Of a DNA stretch of 64,000 nucleotides, positions 49,798 to 60,223 are shown piece by piece. The translations under genes and the position numbers were made by a program. Each line of letters begins with the position of its first letter. The stretch's first letter is position 1. The notes beneath the pieces were generated by a model. That model saw nothing but the letters and a program-made list of their open reading frames with translations, ran no database searches and had not been told where the DNA came from. This stretch comes from an uncultured Candidatus Saccharibacteria bacterium. GTDB lineage: Bacteria; Patescibacteriota; Minisyncoccia; Phycocordibacterales; CAIZLB01. Where the stretch lies: positions 19,689 to 83,688 of the forward strand of contig CAZVIP010000003.1 in the NCBI GenBank assembly GCA_964627085.1, in the 5' to 3' direction.

Positions 49798-51588
49798 GTG
49801 AACACATTCAAATCATTTAGACCTAGTGAAAAACTCGCTGTACTCATTACAGCAGGAATCTTTCTCCTCAGTGCATTTGCAGTATACAAAACCGCACAAT
49901 ACACATATGGTTCAGAAACCCCAAAAAATGGTGGCTCTCTCACAGAGGGTGTTATTGGGTATGCGAGATTTATTAACCCACTCCTCGCCTCAACTGATGC
50001 GGACAAAGATTTAACTACGCTCATCTACTCTGGGCTCCTCAAAGTAAATGATAAAGGAGAACTTGCACCGGATCTCGCTGAATCATGGAGCATATCTCCT
50101 GATGGCCTTACGTATACAGTAAACATCAAACCATCAGCAACTTTTCACGATGGTGAACCAGTCACAGCAGATGATATTGAATTCACAATACAAAAAGCTA
50201 TTAACCCAGCAGTCAAAAGCACACAAGCATCAAACTGGACTGGTATTGCGGTGACAAAAGTAAATCCATACCAACTTACGTTCACACTCAAAAAACCATA
50301 TTCACCTTTTGCAGAGAACCTTACACTTGGCATACTTCCAAAACATATTTGGGAATCTGTAAGTGATGAAGCTTTTGATGTTAGTACGTATAACAAAGAA
50401 CCAATTGGATCAGGTCCATATAAAATCAAAAAGACAAAGCAAGATCGAAGTGGTCTTTATGAATATTATGAACTCACTCCTTTTTCAGGATATACACTCG
50501 GTGCGCCATTTATTGAAAAATTCTCTCTCAAATTTTATAAAAATGAAGATGATTTAATTTCTGCATTCAAGGATAATGACATTGATTTGATTGGCGGTCT
50601 TTCACCAGAATATGCATCATCAAGTCTAAGTAATGCCAAAATGATTAATAGCGCAACTCTTCCAAGAACTTTTGCCCTATTCTTCAATCAAAACGTAGAC
50701 CCTGTACTTATCAATAAAGAAGTGCGCAAGGCTCTCGATATCAGTGTTGATAGAAATCAGTTGATTTCACTTGTACTTAAAAATTACGGAGTACCGAGCA
50801 ATTCCCCTCTTCCAACATACTTACACAACCTTGCAATACAAGCCTTTGCATCTTCAAGTGCATCTGCCGCCATCGCAGGTTCTGCGACAAGTACAACAGA
50901 AAAAATGCTTGGGCAAAATCAGGATACAACCACAAACATTGATACTGCGAGAAAATTACTGGAATCAAATGGCTGGAAATTAAATACAAACATCGAAGGA
51001 CTTGGCCTCCCTACTGATGCAATAGGTGTATACGAAAAAGTAAATGCCAAAAATGAAAAACTTACTTTTTCATTTACAATTACTACAGCAAATTCACCAG
51101 AGCTCAAACAAGTTGCAGAAGCTTTGCGAACACAATGGGCAAAGATTGGGGCAAATGTCAAAATAGAAATATACGAAAATAGCGATTTAACACAAAAAAT
51201 TATTCGCCCAAGAAAGTACAGTGCGCTTTTGTTTGGACAAGAGACTGACAGAGACATGGATTTATATCCGTTCTGGCATTCATCACAGCGTGTTGACCCA
51301 GGGCTGAATATTGCGCTTTATGCAAATATCAAAGCTGACGAAGCACTTGAAAACACACGTGCCACAAACGATATTCAGAAGCAATTTTCTGCGAGAGTTC
51401 AATTTGAGAAAGAGATACAAAATGACATACCAGCAATCTTCCTCTTTTCTCCAGAATATATTTATGCATCCAACATACAAATCAAGAATATGAACATCGA
51501 CACCATCACAGAGTCAAGAGAAAGATTAAGCAATATAAACTCATGGTATCTAAAGACAAAATTTATATGGAAAAAATCGAACAATTAA
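49798..51588 (+). CDS. Peptide ABC transporter substrate-binding protein (family 5)
   Basis: GG.LTEG, INPL, LIYSGL, PDLAESW, FHDG.PVTADD, PIGSGPY. Confidence 0.92.
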   Translation: MNTFKSFRPSEKLAVLITAGIFLLSAFAVYKTAQYTYGSETPKNGGSLTEGVIGYARFINPLLASTDADKDLTTLIYSGLLKVNDKGELAPDLAESWSISPDGLTYTVNIKPSATFHDGEPVTADDIEFTIQKAINPAVKSTQASNWTGIAVTKVNPYQLTFTLKKPYSPFAENLTLGILPKHIWESVSDEAFDVSTYNKEPIGSGPYKIKKTKQDRSGLYEYYELTPFSGYTLGAPFIEKFSLKFYKNEDDLISAFKDNDIDLIGGLSPEYASSSLSNAKMINSATLPRTFALFFNQNVDPVLINKEVRKALDISVDRNQLISLVLKNYGVPSNSPLPTYLHNLAIQAFASSSASAAIAGSATSTTEKMLGQNQDTTTNIDTARKLLESNGWKLNTNIEGLGLPTDAIGVYEKVNAKNEKLTFSFTITTANSPELKQVAEALRTQWAKIGANVKIEIYENSDLTQKIIRPRKYSALLFGQETDRDMDLYPFWHSSQRVDPGLNIALYANIKADEALENTRATNDIQKQFSARVQFEKEIQNDIPAIFLFSPEYIYASNIQIKNMNIDTITESRERLSNINSWYLKTKFIWKKSNN

Positions 51589-51660
51589 TTATACGAAAAG
51601 CAAACAATATAGACACGAAAAAATTTTTACAAACAAATTAACAATAGTAACAAAAACATT

Positions 51661-54117
51661 ATGAATTACAGAAACACAAACAATGCTCCATACGGTCAAA
51701 GAGACTCTCGCCCACAACAAGGCGGATATGGAAATAATTATGGACCACGAGGTGGTTCGGCACAAAGACCTGCCCCAAGACAAGGTGGCTATAACCCTGC
51801 TGGACCAAGACAAGATTCGAGACAAGGATACGGTGCGAGAAATAATGCACCTTCAAGACCATATTCGAATCAAGGTGGTAATCAAGGTGGCGGATATGAC
51901 AATGCAAGACCTTATAACAACCAGAGACCTATGCATGGCACAGGAACAGTACGAAGAGAAACAGGTAAAGCTGATGCGGTTACCGAATTTAAACAACTCG
52001 TCAACCAAGCACTTCAAGCTGAGGGTAAGAGTCTTGAATCAATTTCAGGAAGTCAGACAAATAATTTTTCAGGACAAACTAATCAAACAAATATGAAATC
52101 AAATCAAAATTTTACAAACTCTCCTTTTCCAAGCTCAAGCGAGGATGAATCGCTCGGCGAACGATTTGATCATGACGATGTTATGAGTGATGACCAAGTC
52201 ATCCCACTAGAAATCGACAATGCAGACGAAGGTTACGCTGATACAACTCAGGGTGATTTTGAAAGTGATGCAGATGCAAACATGGCAACAAGCAGTCAGC
52301 CGGCAGGTGCACAGAAACGTGGCGGACAAGGTGGCGGTAAAAGTTCAAAGAACCGCATGCGCCCTCGCCCACTCGGTATCCCAAAGAAACACACAGCCAT
52401 CCAGCAAAGTAATCCAAATATTCCAATCCCTCCAGTTCCAGCCGGATCAATTCGAATTATTCCACTTGGTGGAGTAGAAGAAATCGGTATGAATATGACA
52501 GTCATTGAAATTGGAAATGACATCATCGTTATTGATGCCGGATTTAAATTCAAGGATTCTGATACACCAGGAATCGACTATATCCTTCCAAACACAAAAT
52601 ATCTTGAGGAAAGAAAGGATAGAATTCGAGCCATGATTGTCACTCACGGTCACCTCGACCACATCGGTGCTCTCCCATTTATCATGGACAGAATCGGTAC
52701 ACCACCAATCTATACACGAAACCTTACTTCCCTCATGCTCAAGAAGCGTCAGGCAGAATTCCCACACACGAAGCCTTTTGAATATCGTGTCATGGAAGGT
52801 AATGAAAGAGTAAAAATCGGTGAATTGTCAGTACAATTTTTCGGTGTAAGTCACAGTATTCCAGACTCACTTGGTATCGCCATTGAGACACCTCATGGCT
52901 ATGTCATGACTCCTGGAGACTTCAAACTCGATCACCGAGAAGGCGTTGTCTGCGAAGACGAAGAAAGAAACTATTCTATCTTTAATGGTAAGAACGTGCT
53001 CTGTTTTATTGGTGAATCAACAAACATCGAGAACCCAGGCTTTTCTACACCTGACTATATCGTTAATGAAAACCTTGAAGAAATTGTAAAAAATTCTACA
53101 GGAAGACTCATCATGGGTATGTTCTCTTCTCACGTAAACCGAATCGCACACGTTATTCACGCATGTGAAAAGCTTGGTAAAAAAGTGATCATTGAAGGAC
53201 GTAGTATGAAAAACAATGTCGACATTACTATTCAGGCTGGTATTTTGAAAGTAGCAAAAAGCACATTCATCAACCCACAAGACATTGAACAGTATGCGCC
53301 CGACAGGATTGTTATCATTGCCACAGGTGCGCAGGGTGAAGAATTCGCTTTCCTCATGCGTATTTCAAATAATCAGTACAAGCACTTCAAGCTTACTGAG
53401 CGAGACACAGTTGTACTCTCTTCTTCTATTGTCCCAGGAAATGAAAAAGCGGTACAAAAACTCAAGGACAGTATTGCAAGACAAGGCGCAAGACTTATGC
53501 ACTACCGAAGTTCAGATGTATATATCCACTCAACTGGTCACGGTAACCGTGGTGAAATTGAATGGCTACACCGAAAATTGCGAGCGAAGTTCTTCGTCCC
53601 AATTCACGGTAACCACTACATGCTCAAGCTTCATGCAGAGCTCGCACACCAACTCGGTATTCCAAAAGAAAATATCATCATCCCTGATGACGGTACTATC
53701 ATGGAAATCGATACCACTGGTGAGAAGTTCACAAGACTTGCTGTAAAAGCACCTGACAACACTGTCATGGTTGACGGATTCACTATCGGTGATATCCAAG
53801 ATGTTGTTATCCGCGATAGACAAATTCTTTCACAAGACGGAATCTATGTTGTCGTAGGTATCATCAACGCAAACACGGGACGACTCAAAAAATCTCCAGA
53901 TATTATTTCTCGAGGATCTGTCTACTTGCGAGAATCACAAGAACTCCTCCGCGAGATTCGATTCTTGGTCAAGAACACAGTTGAACAAGTGACACGTGAT
54001 CAGCACCCAGTAAACATTGATTATGTTAAAGACGTCGTCTCAGATGTGCTCGGACGATTCATCTTCCAGCAAACAGCTAAGCGACCGATTATTATCCCGG
54101 TGATGATATGTGTATAA
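51661..54117 (+). CDS. rnj: Ribonuclease J with ~250-aa disordered N-terminal extension
   Basis: IIPLGGVEEIGMNM, THGHLDHIG, HSIPD, GDFK, GAQGE, HSTGH, PIHG. Confidence 0.96.
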   Translation: MNYRNTNNAPYGQRDSRPQQGGYGNNYGPRGGSAQRPAPRQGGYNPAGPRQDSRQGYGARNNAPSRPYSNQGGNQGGGYDNARPYNNQRPMHGTGTVRRETGKADAVTEFKQLVNQALQAEGKSLESISGSQTNNFSGQTNQTNMKSNQNFTNSPFPSSSEDESLGERFDHDDVMSDDQVIPLEIDNADEGYADTTQGDFESDADANMATSSQPAGAQKRGGQGGGKSSKNRMRPRPLGIPKKHTAIQQSNPNIPIPPVPAGSIRIIPLGGVEEIGMNMTVIEIGNDIIVIDAGFKFKDSDTPGIDYILPNTKYLEERKDRIRAMIVTHGHLDHIGALPFIMDRIGTPPIYTRNLTSLMLKKRQAEFPHTKPFEYRVMEGNERVKIGELSVQFFGVSHSIPDSLGIAIETPHGYVMTPGDFKLDHREGVVCEDEERNYSIFNGKNVLCFIGESTNIENPGFSTPDYIVNENLEEIVKNSTGRLIMGMFSSHVNRIAHVIHACEKLGKKVIIEGRSMKNNVDITIQAGILKVAKSTFINPQDIEQYAPDRIVIIATGAQGEEFAFLMRISNNQYKHFKLTERDTVVLSSSIVPGNEKAVQKLKDSIARQGARLMHYRSSDVYIHSTGHGNRGEIEWLHRKLRAKFFVPIHGNHYMLKLHAELAHQLGIPKENIIIPDDGTIMEIDTTGEKFTRLAVKAPDNTVMVDGFTIGDIQDVVIRDRQILSQDGIYVVVGIINANTGRLKKSPDIISRGSVYLRESQELLREIRFLVKNTVEQVTRDQHPVNIDYVKDVVSDVLGRFIFQQTAKRPIIIPVMICV

Positions 54118-54186
54118 CATTTTATAAAAATATATTGACCTCCGGTGCAAAATCCGCAAAGTCGCTCAATATATTTTTATAAAATG
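54118..54186. repeat. Perfect 21-bp inverted repeat with 27-nt spacer
   Basis: CATTTTATAAAAATATATTGA (54118-54138) / TCAATATATTTTTATAAAATG (54166-54186). Confidence 0.85.
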
Positions 54187-54198
54187 AAAGAAGTGAAA

Positions 54199-54242
54199 CA
54201 AGAAAGCGCCCTGCGGAATTGATTCCGCAGGGCGCTTTCTTG
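54199..54242. terminator. Perfect 21-bp hairpin, probable terminator
   Basis: CAAGAAAGCGCCCTGCGGAAT-TG-ATTCCGCAGGGCGCTTTCTTG. Confidence 0.75.
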
Positions 54243-54287
54243 GTTAGGTTCATGCCCAGATTCCAGATATGAACCGTTGTGGATATA

Positions 54288-54316
54288 TTGACAAAACACA
54301 ATAAAAGGAGTATAAT
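54288..54316 (+). promoter_or_regulatory. Consensus sigma70 promoter
   Basis: TTGACA 54288-54293, 17 nt, TATAAT 54311-54316. Confidence 0.85.
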
Positions 54317-54578
54317 ATTAGGCGTATAAGTACCTTGAAATTACAGCTTACTCAAGATATTTCTTTTGGGATTTTTGCAAATACACCCGCAAAAGATACT
54401 GACTATCTACCCCCTCACCCCTATCGTTACAGCCATATAGAGCCATATTACAGACCTGACAATATTGTCAGCAAGTGAACATGACATGATATGGAAATAT
54501 GTGACTGTAACGATAAACCTGTGTGGGCTAAGTTTTCAGTAAACAACGGCCGTAATGAGCCTTACCCAAAATTAAATC

Positions 54579-55823
54579 ATGAAATTAGGACAAATCCTCG
54601 CCAGACTATTCGCTTCGGAAGTTAAACCACAATCCATGGACCAACCGGAGATTCCAGAAAATGGAACCTTCGACCAATACTTGGGTATCTGGAACGCGAC
54701 AAACTGGCGCCATAAACAGAGGAATGAACTTGCGGTCAAACTCGCAGAGTCAGTTACAACGACTGATGAAGCAGCAAGATTCCCAACAGAAATCCTTGCC
54801 AACACCAACGGCGCACGTGAAATTGTCTATAAATTTGAGATTGATCACATCGATGACTTCGATACTCTTCTCAAAATTCATAGGAACTACTCTGAGCCAT
54901 CCCAAAGGCGTGAACTTGCCGGTGAAAAACTTACACCAATGCTCAATACAGCAAAGCGCTGCATTGCATATTGGTCAGGTGCCCACTGTCAAGGGGCTGT
55001 CTCATTAGATACGTGTGAAGAGTTGGTAAAGTTGTGTGCAACCACCGACGATTTTCGTTTATTAAATTGGAACATTAGCACCGAAAAAACCCAAGACGCA
55101 AAATTATTAGAAAACGCCATGATGCTTAAATGGACGAGGGCTGTTGAAAGTGAATTAGTATCGGCAGATACCACACAAGCTCTACACACCCTTGCAAGAA
55201 ACGCACCTCATATTGAAGATCTTCAAAGGAAGATCCATGCAAAATGGTGTGAAGTTGCCTTGAAAGAGGTTCAGGCCTTAATCGGAAAAAAGCGCAACAT
55301 TTTTTTGCTTAGACATCTGATCAAGTTTCTGAGGTCTTGCCCTTATGAATCTGAGGCTCGAGTAACAATTTATGGTGAAATCAATAACTTGATTGACCCC
55401 TTCATAACAAAGATCCAGTCACTCGACAGGCTCAAACGTTTGAAGAAGAGAATTGACGAGCCATCAGAAACCTTTACAAAGTTTCTGGCGCAGTGGAATA
55501 AACTTTCGCTAATTGAAGTGGAAAAAGCAACCACAATTGCGCAAGTAAAGATGGCTTATGACAGAGGTGATGCCGGTGCAAAAGAGGTGGCTATTAAGAA
55601 GATGCTACAGTTAGCGAGACACCCCGTCGACCTAACAGGTGTCTTTGACTCTGATCAAAACCAACCCGCATGCTGGAAATCAGCTTGCTGGTGGCGTCGT
55701 CTTGACCTTGCCAAAACCTCAACAGACCTAAACACCTTGTATGCCGAACTCGTGTCTTACGAGGAAGGCTACAAGGAAAAGCTTGACGCTATTACGCAAA
55801 AACGCCTAGACATGTTGTCATGA
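54579..55823 (+). CDS. Hypothetical alpha-helical repeat protein
   Basis: 414-aa ORF with recurring A.T..(E/D)...P..SE....KW units. Confidence 0.7.
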   Translation: MKLGQILARLFASEVKPQSMDQPEIPENGTFDQYLGIWNATNWRHKQRNELAVKLAESVTTTDEAARFPTEILANTNGAREIVYKFEIDHIDDFDTLLKIHRNYSEPSQRRELAGEKLTPMLNTAKRCIAYWSGAHCQGAVSLDTCEELVKLCATTDDFRLLNWNISTEKTQDAKLLENAMMLKWTRAVESELVSADTTQALHTLARNAPHIEDLQRKIHAKWCEVALKEVQALIGKKRNIFLLRHLIKFLRSCPYESEARVTIYGEINNLIDPFITKIQSLDRLKRLKKRIDEPSETFTKFLAQWNKLSLIEVEKATTIAQVKMAYDRGDAGAKEVAIKKMLQLARHPVDLTGVFDSDQNQPACWKSACWWRRLDLAKTSTDLNTLYAELVSYEEGYKEKLDAITQKRLDMLS

Positions 55824-56176
55824 ACCAACCCAAAAAATCCCTCACTATCACCCATGACTGCGACCCGATAACGGAAGCTGATGTGTGGATGCTTGAGGAA
55901 CTAGGACGGGCGATAATCAGCTGTCATACAGCACTGTCGCTTGGACGAGAAGTTCGCTTTGTCCCTGATGGTTTAAAGGAGCTGCTTACAGGTGATACGC
56001 GCAAGCGTATTGCCGGAGAAGTTTCAGGTTGCAAACGCACCACTGCGTTTATCACCTACACAGGTCTTGGGGTTCAAGCTGTAATTCAGTTCAAAAAGGA
56101 AAAAACTATTGTGAAAGAAATTGCGATTTGTTTCGCACATGAAGCACAGCAGTTGCAAATCCTTTGGGGACTTTAG
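55820..56176 (+). CDS. Hypothetical protein, translationally coupled to upstream gene
   Basis: ATGA overlap at 55820-55823; terminator ~56224-56262. Confidence 0.65.
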   Translation: MNQPKKSLTITHDCDPITEADVWMLEELGRAIISCHTALSLGREVRFVPDGLKELLTGDTRKRIAGEVSGCKRTTAFITYTGLGVQAVIQFKKEKTIVKEIAICFAHEAQQLQILWGL

Positions 56177-56368
56177 AAAGAAATTTCCGGTACCGATACG
56201 TAAATCGGTAGGATGAAAATCCGAAACCACCCGTCTTGGCGTTGTCCAAGGGGTGGTTTTTAAATTTAGGTATTTTTGATGTACGAAAAAATCATACCCT
56301 AAATACTGTATACTTATAGCTATATCAGTATTAATTATCGCTATAGATTAGCCATTCCACCAATTCTT

Positions 56369-57598
56369 ATGGACCGATTTTATTCCAAGACAAATAAATT
56401 AAATACTGTGCTTTTGATTTTTGTTGCTGTACTTATTCTTTCTTTTCACTTTTTCTTCATCTATTTTGTGAACTCGACATATGTCACAGCCTTTGTCGGA
56501 GAAAAAGCTGTGAGTCTTATATATGCCATTGGAGCGATATTGAATATCTCTTTATTCCTGATGATTCCCCGAATGCTGCGGAAGAAAGGGATTATCTCGC
56601 TGACACTCACCTTCACATTTATTGAGGCCTTTTCGCTTATATTCCTCGCCTTCCCCTTGCATCCTGTGATTGCTATCTTGGCTTTTTTGCTTCATATGAG
56701 TGTAGCCAGTGCACTTATCTACTGCATGGATATTATTCTTGAAAAATACACTAAGCCAGAAGAGGCCGGATCTATGCGTGGAACATTTTTGACCATGTGG
56801 AATATCCCTCCGATTGTTACTCCATTTATTGCAGGTGCCATACTCGGTAGCGACGGAAATAATCTTATTTCTGCAATGAATAATGATGTAATTAACTCAC
56901 TCTATACATCAGGATTCTGGAAAATATATATTATCTCTGCCGTATTTCTTATTCCATTTATTGTTATCCTCAAAACGACATTTCCGAATTTCAAGGATGC
57001 TGAATACTCAACAATGAACATTAGACATGCGTTCAAGTCTTTTTATAAAAATTCGAATATTTTTGATGTCTTTGCGGATAGAATTTTGCTCAATTTATAC
57101 TTTGCTTGGAATGTTGTATTTCTACCTATTTATCTTCACGATTATATTCATTTCACCTGGAATCAAGTTGGTATTATTTTGAGTGTCATGTTACTTCCTT
57201 TTGTGTTGCTACAGAGAACTATTGGTAGAATTGAAGATCAAACTCATCAGGAGAAAAGCCTCCTCATTTTTGGCTTTTTGATTATGGCGGTTGGGACAAT
57301 TATTCAACCACTCCTAAGTACACCTAACCTCATCGCTTGGTGTGCATTACTTTTTATGACACATATCGGGGCTGCCTTTGTTGAAGTATCGAGTGAGAGC
57401 TATTTCTTCAGGCATGTGAAGCCTGAGAATTCGAACTATATCAGCCTTTTCCGCATGACACGAACTATACCTTATTTCATTATGCCGATACTAATTCCGC
57501 TTATACTGTGGTTCTTGCCATTTGGATATATGTTCTTTGTCCTTGGTGTAATTATGCTTCTTGGTGTGAGATATGCATTCTTGATTCGAGGCAACTAA
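56369..57598 (+). CDS. MFS transporter
   Basis: About 12 TM segments with MFS-like topology. Confidence 0.85.
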   Translation: MDRFYSKTNKLNTVLLIFVAVLILSFHFFFIYFVNSTYVTAFVGEKAVSLIYAIGAILNISLFLMIPRMLRKKGIISLTLTFTFIEAFSLIFLAFPLHPVIAILAFLLHMSVASALIYCMDIILEKYTKPEEAGSMRGTFLTMWNIPPIVTPFIAGAILGSDGNNLISAMNNDVINSLYTSGFWKIYIISAVFLIPFIVILKTTFPNFKDAEYSTMNIRHAFKSFYKNSNIFDVFADRILLNLYFAWNVVFLPIYLHDYIHFTWNQVGIILSVMLLPFVLLQRTIGRIEDQTHQEKSLLIFGFLIMAVGTIIQPLLSTPNLIAWCALLFMTHIGAAFVEVSSESYFFRHVKPENSNYISLFRMTRTIPYFIMPILIPLILWFLPFGYMFFVLGVIMLLGVRYAFLIRGN

Positions 57599-57618
57599 AT
57601 TAATAATACCCAGTCTAT

Positions 57619-58638
57619 TTAGTTGCCCTTTGCAGAGCCTGCAAGGCCTGCACATGAGTTAAATGAACGAACCTGTTCATTGTATGTTTTGATCTCATCC
57701 TTGAGTCCTCCGAGCCTTGTATTGTAATCTATAACCATATCATTGTATTTTTCTACACTGACACGATAATTATCCACTGTAGCACCGACTGGATTTGTAC
57801 CATCGATTTGTGATTTAAGTTTATTGAGCTCCGCCTCTCGTACAGCAAGCTCTGTTGTGTGAGAATCTATTTTTGCCTTAAGGTCAGCGCTAGGTCCACT
57901 ACATGAAGAAAGAGGCTTTGCAAAATGCTGAATGGCAATCCATTGCTCTTTGCCATTATATTGACCTCTACCTACAGCCACACCCATTTCCTGGAATCTT
58001 GAATCGAGAATATTAGCTCTGTGACCAGGACTATTCATCCACGCAGTTACCACCTGCACATCACCACCAAAGTTTCCTAGGGCCAAATTCTCCCCCACTA
58101 CAATATATTCATAGCCCATTTTGCGGACAACATCTGACACATTTACGCCTGTTGGCGATATGTGCTCAAAGTATTGATTGGTGAACATGTCCTGCAATTT
58201 TGCTTCAGCTGATTTATTTAAATTTGAATTAAGCCTAAGTGCACCCACACTTTTGGCACTGCGCTCTTTGTTTGTTTGATTTAAAACACCCTGGATAGTG
58301 AGACCAGAATTATCCGCGGAGAGTGTATTGTCTTTTGAGACAAGGACAGGCTTACTTCCCGCAGTGACCTCAGGAATTATATTCTGCGATGAAGCCGTAC
58401 TGGTTGATGAACCAGATACTGAATTTTGTCCGGTCGCGTAATTATTATGCAAATAATCTGGCAAGGTTTTACCAGACGAACTTGCACTGTCTACACCCTT
58501 AAAATAGTTTACAATCGGGCTGATATAGTGAGTATTAACCACTGCGAGATTCTCATTGAGATGCTGGATTGGGCCACGCAATACAAAAAGACCCATAAAA
58601 AATACCAATATAATTATGACTGGTCTCCAGATCATCAT
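57619..58638 (-). CDS. CAP (SCP) domain protein with C-terminal coiled coil
   Basis: TNKER, YFEH, GENLA, WMNSPGHRANIL. Confidence 0.93.
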   Translation of the reverse strand: MMIWRPVIIILVFFMGLFVLRGPIQHLNENLAVVNTHYISPIVNYFKGVDSASSSGKTLPDYLHNNYATGQNSVSGSSTSTASSQNIIPEVTAGSKPVLVSKDNTLSADNSGLTIQGVLNQTNKERSAKSVGALRLNSNLNKSAEAKLQDMFTNQYFEHISPTGVNVSDVVRKMGYEYIVVGENLALGNFGGDVQVVTAWMNSPGHRANILDSRFQEMGVAVGRGQYNGKEQWIAIQHFAKPLSSCSGPSADLKAKIDSHTTELAVREAELNKLKSQIDGTNPVGATVDNYRVSVEKYNDMVIDYNTRLGGLKDEIKTYNEQVRSFNSCAGLAGSAKGN

Positions 58639-58653
58639 ATATCTAGAATTGTA

Positions 58654-59535
58654 TCAGGAATTGATTAATTTTGCCTCTATACACATGAACATCGGTATTT
58701 CCTTTCGGGCCGTATCTTCGGCCTCTTTTCGGGGTCCGGCTTCTGTCTTTTTATGTGAGCACCATTCCTCTAGTTTTGTTATCGCAAAACCGTGTTTTGA
58801 TAGTAATTTTACAAATAATTGAAGAGGCCTGTGAAATGACAAAGTGATGTTTTTTCTGTTTCCAGTATACCCAGGAGTCATATCAATCTGAATTGTCGCC
58901 TCTTGCATATATTTTGAAACTGTCCGGTTTTGGACATTTTTCATTGCATCATATGACCAATCAGAATGTTGTGGAACCCTGAAGCTTGGATGATTAATAA
59001 CAAAAATAAATGAACCATTCTTTTTGAGCATTCGTGCACATTCGCCGATGGTTTGGTCGAGTTCTTTTATATTTTGAAGAGCAAGTACACATACAATCGC
59101 GTCCTGTGTCTTTGGATAAATCATTGAGACATTACTTGCAGGCGCAACGTGAAATTGTGGCAAGAAATCAACTTGAGCTATGCGTGCAACTTCTTTTTTT
59201 TGCTTTGCAAAAGCGATAAGCTCAGAGGCGATATCTACACCTGAGACTGTATATCCGAGCATTGAGATAAGGTATGAAAAATACCCTTGCCCACATGCAA
59301 GATCAAGAACTGCTCCACCGCGTGGTACCGCGGCTGAAATAATTCTATTTAGGTTTGGCCACACAACTTTTGCTTGATACGTGTCAGCGTCTCCTAGATA
59401 TTCGTCATACCATTTCGCAACAGAACCCCAAGATGTCTCTTTGGATTTTACCTTGGAATTTATTTTTGAATTTGGAACAGACTTATGCGCTGATTCTCGC
59501 ATTGGTTTATGCTCAGATTTTGGTTCAGGTTTCAT
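58654..59535 (-). CDS. Class I SAM-dependent methyltransferase
   Basis: TSWGSVAKWYD, VLDLACGQG, GVDIA, NHPSF, SFHRPL. Confidence 0.9.
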   Translation of the reverse strand: MKPEPKSEHKPMRESAHKSVPNSKINSKVKSKETSWGSVAKWYDEYLGDADTYQAKVVWPNLNRIISAAVPRGGAVLDLACGQGYFSYLISMLGYTVSGVDIASELIAFAKQKKEVARIAQVDFLPQFHVAPASNVSMIYPKTQDAIVCVLALQNIKELDQTIGECARMLKKNGSFIFVINHPSFRVPQHSDWSYDAMKNVQNRTVSKYMQEATIQIDMTPGYTGNRKNITLSFHRPLQLFVKLLSKHGFAITKLEEWCSHKKTEAGPRKEAEDTARKEIPMFMCIEAKLINS

Positions 59536-59546
59536 TCAGGATTTAA

Positions 59547-60122
59547 CTAAGCTTTTTTCATACCCTTTGCCTTCTGTGTTGTTGATGCTTTTGCGGCAGT
59601 AGTAGCAGAACTTTTTGCTACTTCTTTTTTGACAGCTTTAGCGACGTTTACAAGAGTGCCAACCACTGCCTGTGTCTTTGAAACGGCTTTGTTGGCTGCT
59701 TTTTTTCCATTTACTGTCAATTCCTTTTTTGCAGAATTCCAGTGAGATTTTAATTCTTTTGAAAAATGTGCGATGTCTGCAGCATCAATATGTGAAAGCT
59801 TCTCGTATTTGGCTGTAACTGCGTCTACAACACTGTGATATGCACCTTCGTTTACTTCCTTGAGCTTTTCTACTTTTTCGAGTATTTCACCTTTGGCTTT
59901 GAGTGCCCAACCTTTTACAGACTTAATCTTTTTCTGCGCATTTTTATTGTGATAAAGAAAATATCCGCCAATCGCAGCGGCTGCAGCGATACCACCGATA
60001 ACAGAGGCTACCGCAGCATTTGAAGTTTTACTTTTTGCTGGAGCTGATTTAGTTGATCCTGATTTCGACGGTGCTGATTTTACTGAATCTGATTTTGAAG
60101 TTTTGTTTGTTTTTTGAGTCAT
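59547..60122 (-). CDS. Hypothetical protein with single TM and Lys/Ala-rich tails
   Basis: AAAAAIGGYFLY...KGWALKAKGEILEK; ATG 60122. Confidence 0.75.
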   Translation of the reverse strand: MTQKTNKTSKSDSVKSAPSKSGSTKSAPAKSKTSNAAVASVIGGIAAAAAIGGYFLYHNKNAQKKIKSVKGWALKAKGEILEKVEKLKEVNEGAYHSVVDAVTAKYEKLSHIDAADIAHFSKELKSHWNSAKKELTVNGKKAANKAVSKTQAVVGTLVNVAKAVKKEVAKSSATTAAKASTTQKAKGMKKA

Positions 60123-60223
60123 AAATATATTTATAAATATAAATTGTACGAGCAATTACATTACTTATAATGAAATATACCCGTGGGTTATTTGTTTATA
60201 TCTTACCCTTCAATTATACCCTA

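Noticed and set aside
49629-49820. Frameshifted N-terminus of the ABC binding protein
   Set aside because: The GTG 49798 ORF already includes the TM anchor; the upstream ORF shows no supporting similarity
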